Assembly (NCBI GenBank): GCA_964486995.1
Contig: CAZAOV010000003.1
Coordinates: forward strand, 686 to 64,685
Source of the DNA: an uncultured Gammaproteobacteria bacterium
GTDB taxonomy: Bacteria; Patescibacteriota; Patescibacteriia; SG8-24
Direction: 5' to 3'
DNA length: 64,000 nucleotides
The notes beneath the pieces are model-generated. The model did no database searches. It was given only the letters and a program-made list of their open reading frames with translations, and was not told the DNA's origin. A program made the position numbers and the translations under genes. Positions 57,601 to 64,000 of this stretch are shown here, in pieces. Position 1 is the stretch's first letter. Every line of letters begins with the position of its first letter.

Positions 57601-60600
57601 GGTTGGCAGCAACCAATACATAACTGAGTATGGCGCTAGTCTCCGTGTCGGGAACCCCTCGGGATACGTGAGCATTACCCCGCAAAATACTAGCTATGCG
57701 CATTTTTACACTGATAGACCTAAATTCATTTTTAATAAGCCGATAGATGTTATCGGCGGTCGTTACGGCTCCTATACCGGTAACGTAATTTTAAGTGCTG
57801 GGAGCATTCGGGATGATTTGGTCATCGATAATGCTACCGGTGTCACCACCATCAATAATGGCTTGCGTCTGCCGACCGGTGCGGTGGCCGGTCATGCCCT
57901 AGTGTCAGACGCCAGCGGTAACGCTACTTGGCAGGCGTTGAGTGGAATTGGCGGCGGAGGTACACAGAATTACTTGCCGAAGTTTTCGGCGGCGACCACA
58001 TTAGCTGATTCCCAAGTTTATGATAACGGCTCAAATGTTGGTATCGGTACAGCCACCCCCGAGTATAAATTGGACGTTAATGGAGACATCGTTAATCGCG
58101 GCCGACTCTATCAATATACTCAGCTTGGCTCGTCAAACGCAGCACACGGCATCAGCTGGTATCAACCGAGTTACGTGACTTGGATTGACTACATGGCCGC
58201 ACCTGGTACGGTCAACGCACCAAATGGCACGCCGGCACCGGCCGATTCAGATAACGGCGTCACTCATTGGGCGCGTCGATTTAACATCGAAAATCAGGCG
58301 AACTTCGGCTGGGTGTTCGAATCCGGCACAAACAACGCCACACAGCCGAGCGTCAAGCTGTCCATTAACGCCGCTTCTGGAAACTTACATACAGTCGGCT
58401 CCGGTTATTTTGACGATAATGTCGGCGTGGGAACTACGACTCCTAGCGCACCATTGCATGTAGCATCAGCAGATTCGGCAAATCCGGGCATCCAGGTAGG
58501 TGACGGCAGTACCGGTCGAATTCAGATTGGCGTAAACGGCTGGTTTGATGATGGGACATATTTCAGCCCGATTGGCGGCAGATCACTCTATGTACGCTCA
58601 ACTACTCCGGCTACTTACATTTATTCTCCCAATATCTTTCTTGGTTCTACTACCGGTCAGTACGTTCGTGTACGTGACAATCAGTTGTTTGGCGACGATT
58701 GGGTAATCAATAATGGTTTCGGTGGCAATTGGGGGATCGGCACCATCACCCCGGCGTACACCCTAGATGTCAATGGGACCGTTCGTGTTACTGACTCGCT
58801 GATAATCGACGGCAGTAACGCCATTACCGACCCAGACGACACCAAGAACACCATGCTTGGCTATAATGCCGGTCAGAACATCACTACTGGCTGGGGTGTT
58901 ACATTGATTGGTGAATACGCCGGTGCCGAACACACGACCGCTTATGCCAACACATTCGTTGGTTATCAGTCCGGCGAATCGGTGTCGGGTGTGGGAAATG
59001 CAACTTCGAACGTGGTCATGGGTTTTCGCGCTGGTCGATGGCTTACGGGATCAGAAAATACTCTAATCGGTACCGAAGCTGGAGCCGGATATAACGCAGG
59101 AAGTTGTTGCGATTATGTTGGCGGAGAGAATTCTGGCTCAGAGAATACCTTTGTCGGTATTTTTGCTGGAAATCGCAACTCCACCGGCAGCTATAATGTT
59201 GGCCTGGGTAAGCATGCCGGGTACTACAATACCGTCGGTAACCTAAATACCTATCTTGGTTATCAAGCCGGCCTGTATCACCAGGGGAGTCAGAACATCA
59301 TTATCGGCGGGGATGCCGGGGCGCAAACGAGCGGCGATTCCAGTACCGGGAATAACCTAATCTTGATTGGCTACGGAATTCAGCCACGCACCACTGCCGT
59401 CAGCGATTATTTGAACATTGGCGACACTTTGTATGGTGATTTGGCTGCCGGACGAATTGGTATCGGGACAGCTGCTCCTGCCAGGGCGCTTGACTTAAGC
59501 AGTTCTGGCCAAATAACTTTCGGTAACAACGTGACCTTGGATTCGACCGCCGGTATTTATTGGTACAGCGGTTCTGATTACGGCATCTATCGCGGTGCCG
59601 GTGCTTGGTCGAGCCCTGACTATCGGCAACTGTACATGAAGTGGTCCACGGGCCTGGTTTTAGACGGAGGTAGCGCATACGGCAAGAGTGGCACCACTAT
59701 TCAGCCTGGCGCTGGAAATGTTGGTATTGGTACTTATCCCTCGGCGTATAAGTTAGATGTTAATGGTCAGGTAAACGGTACCGAGCTGTGTATCGCCGGT
59801 GACTGTCGTAGCGTTTGGCCCGGTGCCGGTGCGACGAGCGGATCTGGTGTGCAGTATGGCACGACGGTTTGGTCGGGCGGCAGCACCTTGACTTCGGTTG
59901 GCACCGGACAGCCCGGACAGCTGTATATTTCCAAAGGGGCTTCCGCATATCCAGAATTTGTCACGATGAGCGGTGATGCGACCATTTCTTCGACCGGTGT
60001 AGTGACTGTTGCAAACGGTTCACATACGCATAGTGCCGCTAATATCACATCAGGAATATTGGCGGTAGCCCGCGGTGGAACCGGCAGCAGCACCCTGAGC
60101 AATCTCATCACCCTTGGCACGCATACGACCGGCAATTACGTTAACGATATAACCGCTGGCACCGGAATTACGGTCAGTGGAGTGGCCGGCGAAGGCTGGA
60201 GTCCGACCCTTGCGGTGGACGAGGGTGCATTAACCCTCGGTAACATCGGCGGCTCGCTGTCATTGGGAACTAAGACCAGTGGAGACTACGTTGCGTCACT
60301 GATTGCCGGTAGTGGGGTAACCATAACTGGCGGGACGGGTGAAGGTTCCACCCCCACCATCAGCGTGAGCGGTGGCGCAGTGCCAAGCGGACCGGCCGGC
60401 GGAGACTTAAACGGCAACTATCCTAATCCGCAGGTTGATAACAATTCACATACGCACATTTCCAGCAATATTACCGGCTCTGCGGCTGGGCAGTTTATGG
60501 TTTCAAATTCATCAAATGTTCCTACATGGGTAAGTATGAGTGGTGACGCTTCGATGAATTCCGCTGGGAGTGTAACCGTGAGTAACAACTCACACGTCCA

Positions 60601-62386
60601 TACATTGGGGTCATACACCACCGGTGATTATGTCGAGGGCTTGGTTGCCGGCTCCGGAATTAGCATTACTGGAAGCGGTGGTGAGGGTTCGCTTCCGGTC
60701 ATTACTGCCACTGGTGCCCCGCCGTCCGGTAGCGCTGGCGGTGATTTGAGTGGCAGTTATCCTAACCCACAAGTTAATAATAATTCCCACTACCACGTGG
60801 ACTCAAATATCTACGGAGGTGCCAGCGGTCAGGTGCTGATTGCCGACAATAGCGGATACGGTGATTGGAGAACCGTGGGCGGGGACGCGAGCATCAACTA
60901 TGTGGGTACATTGACCATCAATTCCAATGCTGTGGACTTAGGCGGAAACACTACCGGAGACTATGTTAAAGGTCTGCAGGCCGGCTCCGGCATCAGCATC
61001 AGCGGCAGCGGCGGCGAAGGCTCCAGTCCGATTATTAGCTCTACAATCAGTAGTCCGTGGTCGGTCAGCGGTTCAAATGTATATCGTAGTTCTGGCATGG
61101 TCGGAATACTGGACTCTTCACCGAGCTATCCGCTCGACGTCAATGGCATCATCCGTTCAACTAGCAGCATCTACGGAAACTACGGTTCATTCACCACTGG
61201 CTTGTCAGCCGGTACCGAATCATTATTCCTGGTCACCGATTCAAGTGGCCGGGTGGACGTCAATGGCACGTTTTGTATCAATAGTTCTTGTCGCACTACC
61301 TGGCCGTCTGCATCCAGCCCCTGGACCACCAGCGGCAGCAATGTCTATCGATCTTCCGGTAATGTCGGCATAGGCACGTCCGCGCCGTCGTATAATCTGG
61401 ACGTCTCCGGCACCGGACGTTTTACCGGAACAGTCTCGACCGGAGGTGCGAGCGTCTCTTCCTCTTACGGTATCCGCGCGCAGGGTTCAACGATGGGCGG
61501 TTACTTTAACGATACGGACGGTACTTATGTGTATATCGGTTACGGCACCAGTGGAATCTACACGCCCGGCGGAGCGTATTTTGGAGGTCCAGTCGGAATC
61601 AATACCTCGTCTCCAGTCGGTGATTTCCAGGTCATCGGTGACGCGAACGTAAGCGGCAGTCTGTTCGGAAATTTTGTATATGGCAACAGCGCCTCGTTTT
61701 CGGGAACCGTGGAAGGCGACGATTTCTTCTCGCCTGGCAACGCCGCCTTCGGCGGAGCGACAGCCAGCACCAGCTATGGGCTAAAGGCGCAGGGTTCTAC
61801 TATGGGCGGATGGTTTTATGACGAGGGCGGAACGTCAAGAACTTATCTGGCTTACGGTGGTTATGGGGTATATGTTTCGACAGGTAGTGCCGCAAAACCA
61901 GGTGGCGGCAGCTGGACATCTACCTCTGATAGGCGAACCAAGAAGGATATCAGTTCTTTTAACGGGGGGCTAGATCTTGTCGATCAGCTTAATCCCGTCA
62001 ATTACACATATAACGGCTTGGCCGAAACACCGGAGGGATTGGAAGGCATAGGGTTCATCGCACAAGATATCATGGATGTGACTCCGTGGATGGTGGAAAG
62101 CAACTCGATAAAGCTTCATCCGGAAGATGAAGAAGAAAGTGACGTATATTATGTTAATCCCAGTTCCCTGCCTTTCATAAATTTGAATGCTATCAAGGAT
62201 TTGAAGGCGCTGATTGATGATGAGAATGCCGAGTTGGCCTCTTTCAAGATTGACACCGATGGTCGTATGGTTGAGGTGGAAGCGGCGGTGCGGAAGTTGG
62301 AGGAAGAAAATGTAGAGTTAAAAGCTAAGACCGAAGAATTGGAACAGCGATTACAGCAGCTTGAATGGCAGATGTTGAGCAACTAG
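54665..62386 (+). CDS. Giant (2573 aa) secreted fibre/adhesin with C-terminal Peptidase_S74-like intramolecular chaperone
   Basis: Signal/TM, Cys-rich N-domain, many GNVGIGTxxP repeats, NxxxGxxAG head repeats, SDRRTKKDI...GFIAQD and a terminal coiled coil. Confidence 0.8.
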   Translation: MKYAVSTRTHWAMLIVLTVVFVFVSFFTSVDLVRAVTYCPYDSTQATCECPTSGPGVTCIEPQLYAQGSCYNDVRPCASNQRMNCDTGSCVCNTPDYPCSGCTAAQTTVGAICDHRSTDAGDCADSSEYTSQCGAWTCPAGTTLCNSPAPGVCVPNRTCPPGMTWDVCSDTCSTYYVLTNPTPEVSPQPANPEIEGNFTVFGDDAGEGDIYMSNGKALRVDGTGSTTLNIGNWGGGGFSFEAFGSLKADDITTDTGNIDSTTGTLNLGGGASSSGCTVTTAGDYSCSGDFVEAGAPLSNKYLAYDSYVQSNNPFSPKGKFFIPEINNGFFRGESRFAVNHTGFDHFCSTNYLFDNNYESGCIIGTGGGPAVVTIDLTAKTEFSPTSGIVYPQGYIYFNINYTFGIQSVSGRMFWSHPSNGTSGWVTLSAEDVSAASQLQQWRMTVPAVVNYVKKFEFTIEALPTAPSPPNPQHNGWITEIEYFQTRPAGAAPSLFTKYKENRTYSNFYLNDAANSPVVTLDTSGNIDAEGDIGVGDALCLRGDCITDWMDGFTPGSSSGDTLRWNGTDWIASSNLTNTGTRVGIGTDTPAGALDVHPGGAQTAGDLVVDTTGKTVYVGRISTTGGDNSNFVFRDRLGNARFTLSPGMHRWNPEVGHIMLMPSSSYGVAVGAANAGTAKLYVNGSLGVNTSSPAYDVDIDGDVRITGQLIVEGGGVIGGSGTANTIPKFTAGSIIGNSAITESGGNVGIGDVSPATILDLNNTYGDPGTVPNKIALWYGGANNYMGFGVSGGDLDYFSQGNHRFYTQYNGTPGTEKMVIADNGNVGIGTSSPVLKLQVTGDIQASDGIGFGGLSPGYVLGGRPFSMAGRSPQEDAGAAVLFGSGAYGPNYIELMRQSYGILSNSHIYTTANIYSYGHTYLGDAATDTVFWRSANSYIYNDHNFRDAVTGSTMLYLDNDTQYVGVNTTTPTRTLSVAGDIAVGSNQYITEYGASLRVGNPSGYVSITPQNTSYAHFYTDRPKFIFNKPIDVIGGRYGSYTGNVILSAGSIRDDLVIDNATGVTTINNGLRLPTGAVAGHALVSDASGNATWQALSGIGGGGTQNYLPKFSAATTLADSQVYDNGSNVGIGTATPEYKLDVNGDIVNRGRLYQYTQLGSSNAAHGISWYQPSYVTWIDYMAAPGTVNAPNGTPAPADSDNGVTHWARRFNIENQANFGWVFESGTNNATQPSVKLSINAASGNLHTVGSGYFDDNVGVGTTTPSAPLHVASADSANPGIQVGDGSTGRIQIGVNGWFDDGTYFSPIGGRSLYVRSTTPATYIYSPNIFLGSTTGQYVRVRDNQLFGDDWVINNGFGGNWGIGTITPAYTLDVNGTVRVTDSLIIDGSNAITDPDDTKNTMLGYNAGQNITTGWGVTLIGEYAGAEHTTAYANTFVGYQSGESVSGVGNATSNVVMGFRAGRWLTGSENTLIGTEAGAGYNAGSCCDYVGGENSGSENTFVGIFAGNRNSTGSYNVGLGKHAGYYNTVGNLNTYLGYQAGLYHQGSQNIIIGGDAGAQTSGDSSTGNNLILIGYGIQPRTTAVSDYLNIGDTLYGDLAAGRIGIGTAAPARALDLSSSGQITFGNNVTLDSTAGIYWYSGSDYGIYRGAGAWSSPDYRQLYMKWSTGLVLDGGSAYGKSGTTIQPGAGNVGIGTYPSAYKLDVNGQVNGTELCIAGDCRSVWPGAGATSGSGVQYGTTVWSGGSTLTSVGTGQPGQLYISKGASAYPEFVTMSGDATISSTGVVTVANGSHTHSAANITSGILAVARGGTGSSTLSNLITLGTHTTGNYVNDITAGTGITVSGVAGEGWSPTLAVDEGALTLGNIGGSLSLGTKTSGDYVASLIAGSGVTITGGTGEGSTPTISVSGGAVPSGPAGGDLNGNYPNPQVDNNSHTHISSNITGSAAGQFMVSNSSNVPTWVSMSGDASMNSAGSVTVSNNSHVHTLGSYTTGDYVEGLVAGSGISITGSGGEGSLPVITATGAPPSGSAGGDLSGSYPNPQVNNNSHYHVDSNIYGGASGQVLIADNSGYGDWRTVGGDASINYVGTLTINSNAVDLGGNTTGDYVKGLQAGSGISISGSGGEGSSPIISSTISSPWSVSGSNVYRSSGMVGILDSSPSYPLDVNGIIRSTSSIYGNYGSFTTGLSAGTESLFLVTDSSGRVDVNGTFCINSSCRTTWPSASSPWTTSGSNVYRSSGNVGIGTSAPSYNLDVSGTGRFTGTVSTGGASVSSSYGIRAQGSTMGGYFNDTDGTYVYIGYGTSGIYTPGGAYFGGPVGINTSSPVGDFQVIGDANVSGSLFGNFVYGNSASFSGTVEGDDFFSPGNAAFGGATASTSYGLKAQGSTMGGWFYDEGGTSRTYLAYGGYGVYVSTGSAAKPGGGSWTSTSDRRTKKDISSFNGGLDLVDQLNPVNYTYNGLAETPEGLEGIGFIAQDIMDVTPWMVESNSIKLHPEDEEESDVYYVNPSSLPFINLNAIKDLKALIDDENAELASFKIDTDGRMVEVEAAVRKLEEENVELKAKTEELEQRLQQLEWQMLSN

Positions 62387-62408
62387 GATTTAGCTGCATA
62401 ATATATAG

Positions 62409-62438
62409 AAGACCCGTCGGGAAACCGGCGGGCTTTTT
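62409..62438 (+). terminator. Intrinsic terminator
   Basis: CCCGTCGG-GAAA-CCGGCGGG-CTTTTT. Confidence 0.75.
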
Positions 62439-62444
62439 GAATTA

Positions 62445-62485
62445 TTATCCACAGAATAGGTGCCTGGCACCTATTCTGTGGATAA
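62445..62485. repeat. Palindrome family B copy 2
   Basis: Perfect 20-bp arms TTATCCACAGAATAGGTGCC-T-GGCACCTATTCTGTGGATAA. Confidence 0.85.
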
Positions 62486-62548
62486 CGTAATCAGTCCAAG
62501 GGGCGATAACATTGCAGGGCTAAAAGTGCCGTGTTAGCATTCTTTTGT

Positions 62549-63979
62549 ATGCTAAAACTCTACGACTCATATACCAAAAAGAAGCGGACCTTTAAGCCAC
62601 TAAAGAAGGGGCAGGTTGCGATATATAACTGCGGGCCGACGGTTTACGGCAATATCCATATTGGCAACCTTCGTGCTTTTTTGTTCGCAGATATCTTGCG
62701 GCGGTACTTGGAACACTCTGGCTATGAGGTGACGCAGGTAATGAACATTACCGATGTGGGGCACATGTTGCAGGACGCGGACGAAGGCGAGGACAAGTTG
62801 GAAGTAGCGGCCGAGAAGGAAGGTAAAACTCCGCAAGAAGTGGCGGAGCATTACACGAAATCTTTTTTTCACGATATTGATCGGCTGAATATTCGTCGCG
62901 CACAGGTGTACCCCAAAGCGTCGGAGCATGTCGATGAGATGATAGATATTATTTCTAAACTGCTCGAGAAAGGTCATGCTTATAAGGTGAATCATGATGG
63001 GGGATTCAGCGTTTATTTTGACGTTTCGACCTTTGCGGATTACGGCAAGCTTTCCGGCAACAAGGTGGAAAAGTTAAATCCGGGCGCGCGTATTGAGGTG
63101 CGTGACGACAAGAGAAGTCCGGCCGATTTTGCGTTGTGGATTTACAATCCTAAACATGTGATGCAATGGGAAGCGCCTTGGGGAGCTGGATATCCTGGGT
63201 GGCATATCGAATGTTCGGCTATGGCCATGAAATATCTGGGCAAGACCATCGACATTCATACCGGCGGCGAGGATAATAAATTCCCGCACCATGAATGCGA
63301 AATCGCTCAGTCCGAGTGCTCGAGCGGCGTAGAGTTTGCGCGCTATTGGCTGCACGTTACGCACCTGATGTTCGAAGGCAAGAAAATGTCCAAGTCGCTT
63401 GGCAACGTGCATACTCTAGATAGCTTGATTGATAAAGGTTATGGCGCTCGCGAGATTAGATATCTGCTGTTGTCTTCGCATTATCGTCAGACGTTGAATT
63501 TTACTGAACATGGTTTAGAGTCTTCTCGGTCGGCGCTTGAGCGGCTAGATGCTTTCGCTGACGCTTTGTCGCGTTATGCCCACAAGAAGAAGGGGAGGGG
63601 GAAGGGGCAAGCTGTAGATGTGCTGAAGCAGTTTACCGCGGCGCTTGACGATGACATGAATATTGCCGAAGCTTTGGCCGCTTTGTTCGATTTCGTGAAG
63701 TCAGCCAATGACCGCATGAACAAAGAGGAAATGACCGAAGCAGAGAAAGAGGGCGCAGAAGAGTTGCTCGAGACCATCGGAAAGATTCTAGGCTTCACTT
63801 TTGGTCGGTCCTTGGACGACACCGATATCCCGCATAGCATTCGAGAAATGGTCGAGCGTCGCGAGCAGGCGCGCAAGAATAAGAGTTTCAAAGAAGCCGA
63901 TCGCATACGCGGTGAGTTGTTGGAAAAAGGGTTCGAAGTGGAGGATACTTCCGACGGGCCGGTTATTAAGAGAAAATAG
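62549..63979 (+). CDS. cysS: Cysteine--tRNA ligase
   Basis: CGPTVY, HIGN, PGWHIECSAM, FPHHECE, KMSKS. Confidence 0.98.
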   Translation: MLKLYDSYTKKKRTFKPLKKGQVAIYNCGPTVYGNIHIGNLRAFLFADILRRYLEHSGYEVTQVMNITDVGHMLQDADEGEDKLEVAAEKEGKTPQEVAEHYTKSFFHDIDRLNIRRAQVYPKASEHVDEMIDIISKLLEKGHAYKVNHDGGFSVYFDVSTFADYGKLSGNKVEKLNPGARIEVRDDKRSPADFALWIYNPKHVMQWEAPWGAGYPGWHIECSAMAMKYLGKTIDIHTGGEDNKFPHHECEIAQSECSSGVEFARYWLHVTHLMFEGKKMSKSLGNVHTLDSLIDKGYGAREIRYLLLSSHYRQTLNFTEHGLESSRSALERLDAFADALSRYAHKKKGRGKGQAVDVLKQFTAALDDDMNIAEALAALFDFVKSANDRMNKEEMTEAEKEGAEELLETIGKILGFTFGRSLDDTDIPHSIREMVERREQARKNKSFKEADRIRGELLEKGFEVEDTSDGPVIKRK

Positions 63980-64000
63980 AGTCTTGCTTTAAAAACAGTC

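Noticed and set aside
54665-62386. Prophage, suggested by the tail-fibre-like gene
   Set aside because: No capsid, terminase, portal or integrase genes. The gene has an export signal and is flanked by cysS.

Overview
This 64-kb window looks like chromosomal DNA from a Patescibacteria (CPR, Parcubacteria-like) bacterium. That assignment is inference, based on tandem TrmB regulators, TPR-fused O-antigen-ligase genes, a half-size MFS gene, a giant tail-fibre-like surface protein, core genes without Shine-Dalgarno (SD) sites, and TGA used as stop. Core functions: murE, an ftsB-like gene, a prsA/surA-like PPIase, ftsEX, a yidC-like gene, a CIRCE-controlled hrcA-grpE-dnaK-DUF3467-dnaJ operon, cysS and three tRNAs (Thr-CGT, Gly-CCC, Gln-TTG). 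Accessory content: a glycosylation locus (GT4 + polyprenyl sugar transferase + four tandem ~750-aa O-antigen-ligase/TPR paralogs), one high-GC IS30 element, a metazoan-PAICS-like PurC-PurE fusion, small paralog arrays and several palindromic repeat families. The most striking unexplained signal is a ~270-315 nt multi-helix structured RNA candidate (37245-37560) directly upstream of a GIY-YIG gene that has lost its catalytic residues. Also notable are long hairpin elements attached to two tRNA 3' ends and an unannotated small transcription unit at 4615-4805. No CRISPR array, rRNA or reverse transcriptase was seen. All calls come from reading motifs by eye; no searches or folding programs were run.
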